Source: Savitreella phatthalungensis (Eukaryota). From it: a stretch of DNA of 64,000 nucleotides. Made by a program: the position numbers and the translations under genes. Positions 21,491 to 32,585 of this stretch are shown here, one piece after another. A model generated the notes under the pieces. That model did no database searches. It was not told the origin of the DNA and was given only the letters and a program-made list of their open reading frames with translations. Location of the stretch: positions 62,001 to 126,000 of the forward strand of contig AP039702.1 in the NCBI GenBank assembly GCA_051599415.1. Reading direction: 5' to 3'. The stretch's first letter is position 1. Every line of letters begins with the position of its first letter.

Positions 21491-24400
21491 ATGTCACGCG
21501 GTACTGCTGAAGAACTCTTGAACGCTTTCACGACATGCGATTCTCGGCGGATCTGCGAGAGATTGAATATGGCGAAGGCCCAAGTGAAACGAGAATCTAT
21601 CGAACTCGCAGCAGTTCCGCTATTGTGCAGTGCGGTCTCGCAGGGGCTCGCTTATCAGGAATTGAGCGTTTTAGGTCAATCGCTCAGCCTCTGTCATGGT
21701 ATCATCAGACGTCTTGCGCTGCAGGACAGGTCGCTCTTACAGCCGATGGCCTCATACCTCGTGTCACGGATTGGCGAACACCTTGCCAACACAGATGAGA
21801 AAGTGTTGCGTTACACAAAAGATTGCTTGCACTGTTGCTTCAAAGAATGTCCGGAAGATGTCGAAAGATTCTTGCATGAAGTACTTATGCGAAGCTCTAA
21901 CACAGACGCTCGCTTACAGGCTGTCAAGGTGGCGATCATGATTATCAGGGCAGACCTGCCAAAGGCTAAGTCTGTGTTACATATTTTGCATCGAGCTCGC
22001 GATGACTCGGCGATCTGTGTTCAGCGAATTGCTGTCGAGGCGCTTTGCCCTGCAAAGCGCACCGACATGACGAACTCGAGCCGTGATGGGGAAATGATAG
22101 CACAAGACCTAGACCCACTTCGCGAGCATCATCAGCGGGAAGTCAAGGATCGAGTGGGACGGTCTGTCATCGAAGACGCGGACCGTCAAATACGCAGATC
22201 GTCGCTAATTGACATGGCCGGCACGGAAATGGAGCAGCTCGAGCCCGTGATGGTGCACACGCCGCGCGAAGTCGAGACAGAAATCGCCTCGATGATTCCC
22301 GCCTTTGAAGGCAAAGAGACCGAAAAGAACTGGATGACGCGAGAGAAGTATATCAGCCATCTTCGCTCGCTGCTCAGGGGTAATGCTGTCACGGACTTTC
22401 CCATGGTACTCCTCACAAATCTTCGACTTGTATTGGACGGTATTCTGAAAACGATGGCATCCTTGCGTACGTCGCTGTGCCTCGCTTCCCTGCAGCTTGT
22501 GAAAGACATGGCCATCGTTTTCGGATCGCAATTAGAAGGAATCGCAGAAACCCTGCTTATCAGCCTGATCAGATTGACGGCGCTCACGAAGAAGATAGCT
22601 TCGAATGCTGCCAACGTATCAGTCTCGGTGTTGCTGCACCGATCACAAGTATGGCCTCGGCTCGTTCAGCAGGTCATTCAGACGACGACTGACAAGAACG
22701 TTTCACCACGCTTGTATGCTGCAGGCTGGGTGCGGATCTTGATCGAGACTCACCGCACGAGAGCCATCGCCGATCCGGCCTTTGCAGACACTATTGAAAA
22801 AGGTATCAAACGTCTTCTTACGGACGCGAATGCCGCGGTCAGGGATGCAGCGAGATTGTGCTTTGGGGATTTCGCATACACTTGGCCAGACAAAGCGAAG
22901 GTCGTCCTCGCATCTCTCGATTCAACGGCGCGCAAGCAAGTCCAACGAACTCTAGATGCGACCTCACATACATCACTCGATCGCCTGCATGCATCAGTAC
23001 CCGAGCGGGTGCAGTCGCCGCCAGAAACGTTGGCGACGCAGGCGTGTTCCGACCGATACGTTTCCGACAAGGGTCGCGGGTTAGATCGATTGCGCGTGAA
23101 GCCCGAGGGCTCTCGACCGACTGGCCACGTTGGACAAACCGCAGCGGCTGGTGGTATCCCTGCGAGGGTCGGACTGGGCAGCGCGATGAGACAGCCTCAG
23201 CGGCCAAGGTTGATGGCTGAGCCTACAATTCAAGTTACAGCTGTTCCAGCCCACTTTCGAAATCACGAAGCATCGACGCTGCCTTCAAAATGCTCGTCAG
23301 AGTCGTCAGAGATCATTGCGCCAAATACGAAACCTCCAGAATCTACAATCCACCAAGAGTCAACAAAGGGGAAAGTCACTTTGATCGACCTTCTTGAGCA
23401 CGACGATGAGCACAAGCGCTTGGAAGGAGTGATCGTGCTTCAGACGCTCCTGCGCAATGCCGAATCGCATCAAGATCTCGCGCTTCCAGACAAGCAGACT
23501 CTGACGTCGCTGATTTGCAAACTTCTGGCAGACCCACAGACATCGGTTTGGCTCGCACTGATCGAATTCGATGTACTTCAGAATATCAGTGAGTACGTCG
23601 AGTGGGGCGTCATTTTGCTACGTTTGCTGCTTGGACATGAGTCTGGCGACGACAGTCGCTGTGCGGCTGCCCTGACACGCGTACAACGGAGCTTCAGTAC
23701 AAACACAGCAATCTCTGTGTGTTGTGACATCTTGGCGCTCATGCGCGTCACAGGGCATCTCACTCGGCCTATGAAACATTGCTACCGCTTCGATGCCGAC
23801 CAGAAGCGCCTGATCATCCGAGGTGTCCTTCATTGGCTCATTGGTCTGGTGAAAGGTCCAGACACTACCCACTCAGATCACCTGGAGTCGCATCCGCCCT
23901 TCGCGGACAGCGATAGCTACATGCTCGTCCTTGCTCGAATGACTGACATGATGGGCAATGTCCAGTCATCCTCGATCAATTACGCTCCGCTCAAGCGGAT
24001 CTTACAGATGTTGCAGGCAATGCAGCCAGAACAGTTCTCAAGATACGTTGAATCCCTTGATGCAAGCCTGTCAGAATCCATACGACAGGCAGTGGAACAT
24101 TCGCCAGTCGTCCCAGTACTATCGGCGGGAACGCCATCTGGCAGCGTCGTCCGGAGCAGTGACGAAAGTGTTGACGATGGTGTGCCAGACACTGAGTCTT
24201 CATGCAGTTCTGATCTCTCAGGTATTGACGCGGACTTGCTAGACATGACTATTGTCAATTTGGCGAGGTTGCCGCTTGCAGACAAGGCCGTCAATGGTTC
24301 CGTTCGCTCTTTCAATCCTCAACGGGCGATGCAGGTCGTGTCCGAGCCATGTGACAAGGAGAATGGTGAATCAGCCGGGTCATGGAAACCGCGTCTTTCC

Positions 24401-25231
24401 TGCAAGTCGCGCAGATCGATGGAGATACCCTGTCTCATGCGAAGCATGCCGGAGAAATTGGCATTGTGTAAGCACGTCAGCGCGAGTATGAGTCTCCTCC
24501 TCGGTACACGATCTGCTAAACTCGAGCAGACTTCTCCTGCCATTCAATTTGCCCTGGAGAAGCTCAATAGGGGTGAGGAATTTAGCTCGGACGAATTGCA
24601 GAGCCTGCTTTGTCACGCACAGGAGCCTCACCATGCACAAGATGTGCTCCAGGCGTCACACGGCTTCTATTCAGCGAATCTTGCTCACTCCGAGAAGCAT
24701 GCAGGATTGATGTCGCTCTTGCTTAATGCGGCACTCCCCCATTTGCCCAGGGACGCGACTGTCTTACGGAACTTACTCAATCTGAACTTCTGCACTCCGC
24801 CAGACCGCATGTCGCACATCAAGCTACTCCAACTCGCAATGATGCTGGAGGTACAGCGCAGCATTCCTTCATCGGAAGCATTTCGCATCACTTACGAACA
24901 CCTTTGCGACCTGAGTGCTCGCGCGACAATCAGTGTCACGTCGATGACATGCACGCTCGAGCTTATGGTCGTCGCGATTCTTGATATGTCCTTGAGCTGC
25001 TTGGCGTCTAACCGAGAAAGAATTTGCGACGCGGTCTCACGTTCTTTCAATGTGGAGGCTCGCTTGGACGGAAGCAAGATGCTTGTGAAGGCCGAATTTC
25101 GGCGTGCGGCTCTTTCTCTCCTGCTGGCCAGCAGTCACGCGAAGCCTGTTGACACCGCCATGGACATCGACCTGTCGGCAGATCATCGCGCACTTCTTCG
25201 CCACTATTGTCAACACGTTCATAACGATTAG
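21491..25231 (+). CDS. STU1: CLASP-family microtubule regulator (Stu1/Peg1)
   Basis: 1246-aa HEAT/TOG-like protein with a CLASP_N segment, FEGKETEKNW..RE...LRSLLRGNA...SLRTSL...TKKIASNAA...DKNVSPR...LTDANAAVRDAAR. Confidence 0.88.
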   Translation: MSRGTAEELLNAFTTCDSRRICERLNMAKAQVKRESIELAAVPLLCSAVSQGLAYQELSVLGQSLSLCHGIIRRLALQDRSLLQPMASYLVSRIGEHLANTDEKVLRYTKDCLHCCFKECPEDVERFLHEVLMRSSNTDARLQAVKVAIMIIRADLPKAKSVLHILHRARDDSAICVQRIAVEALCPAKRTDMTNSSRDGEMIAQDLDPLREHHQREVKDRVGRSVIEDADRQIRRSSLIDMAGTEMEQLEPVMVHTPREVETEIASMIPAFEGKETEKNWMTREKYISHLRSLLRGNAVTDFPMVLLTNLRLVLDGILKTMASLRTSLCLASLQLVKDMAIVFGSQLEGIAETLLISLIRLTALTKKIASNAANVSVSVLLHRSQVWPRLVQQVIQTTTDKNVSPRLYAAGWVRILIETHRTRAIADPAFADTIEKGIKRLLTDANAAVRDAARLCFGDFAYTWPDKAKVVLASLDSTARKQVQRTLDATSHTSLDRLHASVPERVQSPPETLATQACSDRYVSDKGRGLDRLRVKPEGSRPTGHVGQTAAAGGIPARVGLGSAMRQPQRPRLMAEPTIQVTAVPAHFRNHEASTLPSKCSSESSEIIAPNTKPPESTIHQESTKGKVTLIDLLEHDDEHKRLEGVIVLQTLLRNAESHQDLALPDKQTLTSLICKLLADPQTSVWLALIEFDVLQNISEYVEWGVILLRLLLGHESGDDSRCAAALTRVQRSFSTNTAISVCCDILALMRVTGHLTRPMKHCYRFDADQKRLIIRGVLHWLIGLVKGPDTTHSDHLESHPPFADSDSYMLVLARMTDMMGNVQSSSINYAPLKRILQMLQAMQPEQFSRYVESLDASLSESIRQAVEHSPVVPVLSAGTPSGSVVRSSDESVDDGVPDTESSCSSDLSGIDADLLDMTIVNLARLPLADKAVNGSVRSFNPQRAMQVVSEPCDKENGESAGSWKPRLSCKSRRSMEIPCLMRSMPEKLALCKHVSASMSLLLGTRSAKLEQTSPAIQFALEKLNRGEEFSSDELQSLLCHAQEPHHAQDVLQASHGFYSANLAHSEKHAGLMSLLLNAALPHLPRDATVLRNLLNLNFCTPPDRMSHIKLLQLAMMLEVQRSIPSSEAFRITYEHLCDLSARATISVTSMTCTLELMVVAILDMSLSCLASNRERICDAVSRSFNVEARLDGSKMLVKAEFRRAALSLLLASSHAKPVDTAMDIDLSADHRALLRHYCQHVHND

Positions 25232-25314
25232 GGTGCCAAGGGATTCATTGCCATGAGTAGATTTCATGTTGTACAAATGGCGCAATTTGCGATCGACCTA
25301 AGTCTCTTATGTTC

Positions 25315-25606
25315 TCAAGGTTTTGAGAGGGACGGATTGTCTTTGAGCGCCTTTGACCACTAGAACTGTTAGTTGATCGGGACTGGTCAAATTAGCTGGA
25401 TTGCATACAAGCATCGATGGGATCCAATGCGTCGGCTGATGATCTCGTGTCTCCTTTTCGGCGCTCACGCTCCATACCCAGGCGACGATGCCAGCGCATC
25501 CCGTGAGCGCGATTGCCGTGTTGCTCTTCCAATTGGCTGGTCTGGACCACCAGCCACCAGTTGGTGTCCAGACATGTTTGTTGAATGGATACGCTCCACC
25601 ACCCAT
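25315..25606 (-). CDS. Respiratory complex I small accessory subunit (NUUM / NDUFC1-like); intron 25360-25408
   Basis: MGGGAYPFNKHVWTPTGGWWSRPANWKSNTAIA plus one TM helix. A 49-nt intron (GTATGC...CTAAC...TAG) gives the end WIPSML|WSKALKDNPSLSKP*. Confidence 0.78.
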
Positions 25607-26313
25607 GGTTGTCCTTCAAAGCAGATGGGCGACAGACAGTTTGCACGTCCCCGAGGGTTGAATGCTTTGATGTTTTAGAAGAGTCTGGTATTGCGATGTC
25701 CCCTACGACGCCGAGGAAAGAGCCTGTAAATGACGATTAAGTAGATGAACCACTTCGTGCAGATTCCAGTATTGTCTATGCGGTGGTCGAGCTGGCGCGG
25801 CCTCAAGCGTGCTCGGGTGAGCTCAAAGCGGGCTTTGGCTAGGATCTGGCTCGGGCTCGATGGTATGTGCTGCGCCACGCACGCGCCACAATGATAGGTC
25901 ATGCTAGAGACTCGATGGTTACATACAGTCGACCTTCCCGTAAAGCGCTCCCAATTCGATGATCCACCCAATGGGTGATTAAATTTACAATTCAAGATGG
26001 AAGCCACCTTGCGGCACAAAATGGTTGCAACTAGCTGTGCACAAAGGAATGCACAAGGTCTACTGCTTCTACGAGCTCCTCCTGGAAATTGCAGAACCTG
26101 TCGAGAGGTTTGGCTTGCACCAAAGTAGCAGCAAGTATCGATCAAACATGCCATTTCTGTTGTCAATGTCAGTAAATGGTGCAAAAATGCGAGACGTCCA
26201 AAGGGATCCGAACCAACAGTCTGAGATGGCAAGAATTGCCACACTCAAACTTGCCAGTCTCCTTGCTCCACTGCTGCTTGGCAGATGTAGTTCAAGGCGG
26301 GATTTGACAAGGA

Positions 26314-26766
26314 AGTCGTCGACGACGGCCGCAGGACCCGAGAGCTACAGACAAAGCAACACAGACACAAATCAGACAACATAGGCCTCCCAATGGAGCT
26401 CATCAAATAAATACACACAGAAACAAATGCTTATGTATCAACTACAGAGAGACACAGAAGGACTACAGGAGATTAGGCCAAGATAACAGCGCCAATCCAT
26501 GCTATGACTGATGCACACCACAACTCTGGTGACATGGCTGGTCACTGCTGACATGGCAGGTTGGCCTAGATATAAGAACACATAGCACGCTGTATAGAGA
26601 CAGCGTGCAAGATGTCACCAAGACGGGGAACTGGTACAGATTCATACTGTTTGACAGCTCCACACAGGGCTACCATCTTGTCATACATAAATTGAGTGAT
26701 TGCAGAAGTGACAACGTTGTGTATCAGAATACACAATCAGCCCAGACAACCAAAGTGGTAGTGACA
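26314..26766. mobile_element. Solo LTR, copy E, inverted relative to A, diverged
   Basis: Starts AGTCGTCGACGACGGCCGCAGGACCCG (cf. reverse complement of A, TGTCGCGGAGGACGGCCACAGGACCCG) and ends GTGGTAGTGACA. Flanks AAGGA/AAGCG are at best a decayed TSD. Contains TATAAG near 26571. Confidence 0.78.
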
Positions 26767-27246
26767 AAGCGCTTCCTATGTCTGCTCAACACAATCATGC
26801 TTCAAGCACAAAGTCTCAGCATAACCTAGAAGTGCTATAGATTTTTAGATTTAATCAAATTTTCAGTTTTTTTCGCGGGATATTTGACTGGTCAGCATGC
26901 ATAGTTTGTATTGCTATCCATCAACTTCTAGTTTCCATAGTATACTGTATTTCAATCTTCCCAGCATCTTTGTTAATTTGAGCAGATAGGACAGTGCAAA
27001 GTACATCTAGCTGAAAACCATAAGGGCGCGAAGTGACACTTGCCGCTTAGTGCATCATCCAAGTATTTCTGTCAGGGAAAGGGGAAAGATCTTCTCATCA
27101 ACTCATTATTACAGCCGTCCGTGCTGTGCACAAGTCTGATTCTGCGCTGCTAGTAAAGGCGCGACCACGGCTCGATTGGACGCGCCGCGACGAGCGAATC
27201 GGGCATCTGGCGACTACAGGCGAATTGGTCGTTCGCCAGCTGAGCG

Positions 27247-28038
27247 ATGTCAATCGCCGCGCTGCACAGACGTCTGCTGCTTCACAAAAACTTGAACGCG
27301 GAAACATTGAGGATATGTCTGACTGATGCGTCGAATAGGCAACACACCACGAATACTGCTTTCGCGAGGCTTGGACAAAACTTTTTAGAGCACCACGTTT
27401 CACGCTCCATCGCAGCACGCTGGCCACGGTTGCCACTCGCTGCACACAACAATGTGGTCGAGAACTATGCAGGGACAAATGCGCTCTCTGGAGTCGGTCG
27501 AAGCTGGGGTATTGAAACCTCAAGCAGTCTAGCGGACCTCGACAACGGCAAGCTTGTGCACATGCGAGTGCCGAGCCGATATCGGATGGTATCTGGAGAC
27601 AAATCGGCACAGTATCAATCTTCGGCACTTGGAGACTTCGTGCGCGCGATTATCGGGGCCTCATACATGACAGCTGATGCCGAGGAAGCAGCTCGGATGA
27701 TCGACACTAACATCATGTCCAGAGCATTGGACCACATGACAACTTTCAAACTATCCTCGCCACAGCGACAGCTCTCGCATCTGCTGTCTCGCGAGGGCTT
27801 GGACGGTCCCATAACGCGGCTATTGGCCGCAAATGGCCAATTCAGTAACCAAGCATCTTACACCGCAGGCGTATTCACTGGTCTTCATCGACTCAGCGAA
27901 GCTACAGGATCTAGCTTGCGTGAAGCTGAATATAAAGCGCAGTCAAATGCGCTCAAAGCGTGGTATCTCTTGCAAGCTCCTGGCCTCAAAAATCCAGATG
28001 GCTCTGCTATCATCGATGCGGGCCAAATTGTTGTATAG
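27247..28038 (+). CDS. MRPL3: Mitochondrial ribosomal protein mL44 (RNase III-like plus dsRBD)
   Basis: AALHRRLLL...TLRICLTDAS...NTAFARLGQNFL, FVRAIIGASY, PQRQLSHLLSREGLDGPITRLLA...GSSLREAEYKA..NALKAWYL. Confidence 0.82.
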   Translation: MSIAALHRRLLLHKNLNAETLRICLTDASNRQHTTNTAFARLGQNFLEHHVSRSIAARWPRLPLAAHNNVVENYAGTNALSGVGRSWGIETSSSLADLDNGKLVHMRVPSRYRMVSGDKSAQYQSSALGDFVRAIIGASYMTADAEEAARMIDTNIMSRALDHMTTFKLSSPQRQLSHLLSREGLDGPITRLLAANGQFSNQASYTAGVFTGLHRLSEATGSSLREAEYKAQSNALKAWYLLQAPGLKNPDGSAIIDAGQIVV

Positions 28039-28204
28039 CATGTCCTGCACGTTCGCTGGAGCAGTTTATTCGGCCACCGGGCCTGCTTTGACGTATAATT
28101 ACCACGATTCAACTTTCACAAGACTTAAGTCTCAATCGGTGACTCGTTTCGTGAGCTGAAAACTTTGAAGGCACAAAACAAGGAAGGTCTTTGTGCGCAA
28201 GCCT

Positions 28205-29495
28205 ATGTCAGACACCGCTTTATTGCAGGAGGTCCTTGGATTTTTGCATGATCCGAAGCAAGAGGCCCGCGCGCTTGCGATGTATGTCAACTCCCTCCCT
28301 TTCCTTGAGCTGCGACTGATCGTCGCTCAGCCAGGAGATATTACCATATTCCGCAATTCGCGACTCGCGGCATGTGGTCTTCAAGCAGGACAATATGCGA
28401 GCTATCGACGACCTCAAAAGGCTTGTGCTGGATATGCCGGTACGTTGGTCACATGAGCTGCAGACCCGATCATCAGCACTGACGCCAGAAGCAAATAGCC
28501 CACAACGCCCTCAAAATCCTGATCAACCTAAGTCAAGATGATCAAATACGCGCCCGATTGTTGACCGACATCTTCGTCAATACTCTTGTTGCAATCATCA
28601 CAGTAAGTGTCTCACATTACTTTGCAAATCGGCTGACCGTCTCAGAACACTGCACATGGCTTGGCTGGTCTGGCTTGCATTTTACTTGCGAACATGACGA
28701 AGGACGACAGGTCTCGATTTTTGATTCGACTCCGCAGCGCGATTCCAGATCCCGCGGTGTCGACGTCCGATCTCGCCTTGAATCAGTTGATGGATTGCTT
28801 TGTCAGGGGCGCGGACAAGAAGCTCAATGAGTACACCACCTATGACTTCCTCGCGAACGTTTTTGCCGACCTGACGAGATTTGACGAAGGACGAGATTAT
28901 CTTTTGACGCCTCAGAATTACGATGACATTGTTCCTCTGTCCAAACTCATCGTCTTTACAGAGTGTCTGTCACAGGTCCGTCGCACTGGTGTGGCCGCAA
29001 TCATCAAGTAAGCGATTTGGACGACACTGTACCGCAAAGTCATTAACAAATCTCCGCAGGAATTGTTGCTTTGACGTATCAATGCACGCCTCCCTGCTCG
29101 ACGAAGCTGGCATCAATTTGTTGCCTTATATCCTACTTCCCCTTTGCGCGGGCGATGAGTTCGATGTCGAGGAGAACGATGCTATGTTTGATGAGCTGCA
29201 ATTTCTACCAGCACATCACCAGCGCGAGCCGGACCATCACACGATGACGATGTTGATTGAAGCGCTAGTCCTCCTGTCGACGCAGAGAAGTGGTCGCGAC
29301 CAAATGCGTCGTCGGCAGGTGTATCCAATCATCAGGCAGCTGCATCTCGCCCACGGTGAAGATGAATCGCTGAATGAAGCTTGCGAAAAGCTCGTCAATG
29401 TGCTCATGCGTGATGGCGATGCAGATTCATCTCGTGAGGCTCTTCCATCTGCACAAACAGTCCCGCGTGCACCGGAAGCACTCGAGGAGTTGTGA
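28205..29495 (+). CDS. HGH1: eEF2 chaperone Hgh1; introns 28282-28330, 28440-28488/28491, 28603-28645, 29008-29059
   Basis: Four canonical short introns join EVLGFLHDPKQEAR, ACILLANMTK, LNQLMDCFVRG..YDFLANVFADL, RRTGVAAIIKNCCFD, NLLPYILLPL and REPD...VYPIIRQLH in one frame. Confidence 0.9.
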
Positions 29496-29600
29496 CAGAG
29501 ACACTCAAATTTCAAGAATCGGATACGTTAACGTCGTAAAAGCTCTAGTATAATCCTGATATGAAAGGACGAGTGTCGAATGAGCGGCAGCGAATCGATC

Positions 29601-32585
29601 CTATTCAGCGTCGGATGCCTGCAAAGGTGTGCAAGTACACAGGTTCACATCTCCGTACTTATCATCGAGACGACCGACAGACGGCCAGAATTTGCTGTGG
29701 CGAAGATACGGTAGCGGGAAAGCAGCACGCGTCGTAGAATATGGTCTATTCCAATCCGCGCCCCCGTTGTCATCTGGGAAACATGCCTTTAACGTGTGCG
29801 GGGCATTTTTGAGCAAATTGTTCGATCGGGGTTGTCTGCCATCAGCAATCTCAGCAATCTCGTGGCGAATGGAGATCAGTGCTTCACAAAAGCGGTCCAT
29901 CTCAGCGATGCTCTCGGATTCTGTTGGTTCGATCATCAGACCTGTCGAGACAGGCCAAGACATCGTCGGCGCATGAAAGCCATAATCCTGCAGACGTTTT
30001 GCGATGTCTATCACCTCGATCCCTGCGCTCGCCGCTAACTCTTTGATATCGAGGATGAACTCGTGGGCACAATTACCGTGCTCATTTACGAATCTGACCT
30101 TGTAATGAGGCGCAAGCTTGGCACGCATATAGTTCGCGTTCAGCAAAGCGACACGGGTTGCATGCGTCAGGCCGTTGCTGCCAAGAAGCTTGATGTACGC
30201 CCATGAGATTGGCAAAATGGAGGCAGAACCCCAGGGCGCAGCCGATATGGGCTCAATCGCTTTATTGTCTGATTGAGTGCAGGCCACGATAGGATGGCTC
30301 GGCAGGAAGTCTGCGAGATGAGCCTTTACGCCAATTGGACCCATGCCTGGACCGCCACCTCCATGTGGAATGCAAAACGTCTTGTGCAGATTCAGGTGGC
30401 AAACATCGGCGCCAATCTCACCGGGGGAGCAAAGCCCGACCTGAGCATTCATGTTGGCACCATCCATATAAACCTGTCCTCCATTCTCGTGAATCAGCCG
30501 GATCGCTGCTTTCACAGCAGGCTCGAAGACGCCGAAGGTGCTTGGATACGTGACCATAAACGCGGCCAGACGGTCGGCATGTCTGACGGCTTTTGCGTTC
30601 AGATCCTCCATATCGAGATTGCCATCCGGATGACACTTCACGGCGACAACTTTCATGCCGCACATGGTGGCGGAGGCCGGGTTCGTACCATGTGCCGACA
30701 CCGGAATCAGACAAATGTCGCGCTGCATTTGTCCGTTGGCTTCGTGAAATGCTTTAATGACACGTAGGCCAGCATATTCGCCTTGTGCGCCAGAATTAGG
30801 CTGGAGGCTCACGGCATCAAAACCGGTGATTGTTGCCAAATCCGTTTCAAGCTCATGTAGCATCTCCATATAGCCGGTCGCCTGCTCACGAGGTATGAAA
30901 GGATGAAGATTGTTAACTTCTGGCCAAGAGACAGGTATCATCTCAGTCGTGGCGTTAAGCTTCATCGTGCAAGAGCCAAGCGGTATCATCGAGTGTGTCA
31001 ATGACAAATCTCTGGATTGCAGCAGGTGTATATAGCGAAGAAGCTCAGTCTCGCTGCGATGTGCTTGGAATTCTTTCTGCTGGAGATAAGGTGTTGTACG
31101 ACGCAGCGCTGGGCGCGGATGATGAGGATTGAGGTCTGAAATCCCAGCTTTCTCGGCTAGTTCGGTAACCGATTGACGAGTACCGGAAATCACCTCGACA
31201 AGATCCTCAAGGTCGGTTGGCGATACTGTCTCATCAAGTGAAACTCCAATGTGCCTTTCGTCAACTTGACGCAGATTAATGCCTTTGCTGTACGCAGCAT
31301 CATGAATACTTTGAGCATTATCAACCTTGATTGTCAAAGTGTCGAAGAAGTGGGCGTTTTTGACCTCGTGACCTGCAGATTTGGCTGCAAATGCTAGGAT
31401 AGCTGTAAAGCTGGTGATGCGCTCTGCAATCCGCTTCAGCCCATCAGGACCATGGTAGCATGCGTACATCGCTGCCATGTTCGCAAGCAACGCCTGAGCA
31501 GTGCAGATGTTGGAGGTCGCTTTCTCTCTTCGGATGTGCTGCTCACGAGTCTGCAAGGCCAGGCGGAAGGCGGGATCACCAGCGCTGTCGATAGACAAGC
31601 CAACTATTCGACCCGGCATGCGACGCTTGTGCTCATCCGTACATGCGAAGAAAGCAGCGTGTGGTCCACCAAAGCCGAGTGGTACGCCGAGGCGCTGAGA
31701 ATTACCGACTGCAATGTCAGCACCCCATTCGCCAGGAGGAGACAATATGGTCAAAGCCAAGAGATCGGTTGCCACAACAACCTGGGCCCCGAGGCTGTGA
31801 ATGTGTGAGCTCAACTCGCGAAGGTCAGCAACGTTTCCGTCAGTCGATGGGTATTGCAACAACACTCCGCAAAGCGAACCTTCATGCTCACGCAGTGCGA
31901 TCTGGTTGGCGTTGCCCACGACTACCTTGATTCCGAAACCGACCGCTCGCGAGCAGACGCACGCTATGGTCTGCTTGTGACATGAGGCATCGACAAAGAA
32001 TGTTTTCCGCTTCATCTTACTCGCGCTGTATACCATGATCATTGCTTCCGCCGCCGCCGTTCCTTCGTCCAGTAAGCTTGCATTCGTCATCGGCAGGCGT
32101 GTTAGCTCGGAAACCAGGGTTTGGTAGTTGAAAAGAGACTCGAGCCGTCCTTGCGATATTTCCGGTTGATATGGAGTATAGCTCGTGTACCAAGCAGGAT
32201 TTTCAAGCACATTGCGCAGAATTACCGGAGGAGTGATGGTGCCGTAGTAGCCCAAGCCAATGAATGAACGGTGGCACTGATTCTTACTCATCATGCCTTT
32301 CAGGCGAAGGAGCAGCGTTCGTTCATTGACTGGCGCATCTGGGATCGGCATGTCGCGCTTTGCACGCACGTCTGCTGGAATTGTAGCACTGATAAAGGAC
32401 TCAAAAGTATCGTGGCCGACCACATTAAGCATTGAGGATTCTTCGTGCTCCCGCGGTCCAATGTGCCGGCGAAGAAATTCGTCAGCATTGCTGAAAAGTG
32501 CCAAACGACGGCAAAGACCTGGCGTAGTCTTGGACAGAAGTCTAGCCGATGTGGTCCGAGCACAGCGCAGATACGGACTGAACAT
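29601..32585 (-). CDS. GCV2: Glycine dehydrogenase (decarboxylating), glycine cleavage P-protein
   Basis: FLRRHIGP, WYTSYTPYQPEISQGRLESL, RREKATSNICTAQALLAN and the PLP-lysine motif HLNLHKTF. First ATG is 32585 (MFSPYLRCARTT, presequence-like). Confidence 0.96.
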   Translation of the reverse strand: MFSPYLRCARTTSARLLSKTTPGLCRRLALFSNADEFLRRHIGPREHEESSMLNVVGHDTFESFISATIPADVRAKRDMPIPDAPVNERTLLLRLKGMMSKNQCHRSFIGLGYYGTITPPVILRNVLENPAWYTSYTPYQPEISQGRLESLFNYQTLVSELTRLPMTNASLLDEGTAAAEAMIMVYSASKMKRKTFFVDASCHKQTIACVCSRAVGFGIKVVVGNANQIALREHEGSLCGVLLQYPSTDGNVADLRELSSHIHSLGAQVVVATDLLALTILSPPGEWGADIAVGNSQRLGVPLGFGGPHAAFFACTDEHKRRMPGRIVGLSIDSAGDPAFRLALQTREQHIRREKATSNICTAQALLANMAAMYACYHGPDGLKRIAERITSFTAILAFAAKSAGHEVKNAHFFDTLTIKVDNAQSIHDAAYSKGINLRQVDERHIGVSLDETVSPTDLEDLVEVISGTRQSVTELAEKAGISDLNPHHPRPALRRTTPYLQQKEFQAHRSETELLRYIHLLQSRDLSLTHSMIPLGSCTMKLNATTEMIPVSWPEVNNLHPFIPREQATGYMEMLHELETDLATITGFDAVSLQPNSGAQGEYAGLRVIKAFHEANGQMQRDICLIPVSAHGTNPASATMCGMKVVAVKCHPDGNLDMEDLNAKAVRHADRLAAFMVTYPSTFGVFEPAVKAAIRLIHENGGQVYMDGANMNAQVGLCSPGEIGADVCHLNLHKTFCIPHGGGGPGMGPIGVKAHLADFLPSHPIVACTQSDNKAIEPISAAPWGSASILPISWAYIKLLGSNGLTHATRVALLNANYMRAKLAPHYKVRFVNEHGNCAHEFILDIKELAASAGIEVIDIAKRLQDYGFHAPTMSWPVSTGLMIEPTESESIAEMDRFCEALISIRHEIAEIADGRQPRSNNLLKNAPHTLKACFPDDNGGADWNRPYSTTRAAFPLPYLRHSKFWPSVGRLDDKYGDVNLCTCTPLQASDAE

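Noticed and set aside
25675..26384. 189-aa (-) and 119-aa (+) ORFs next to LTR E
   Set aside because: No motifs, non-ATG starts, and the plus-strand ORF runs into LTR sequence; cannot be supported as genes.
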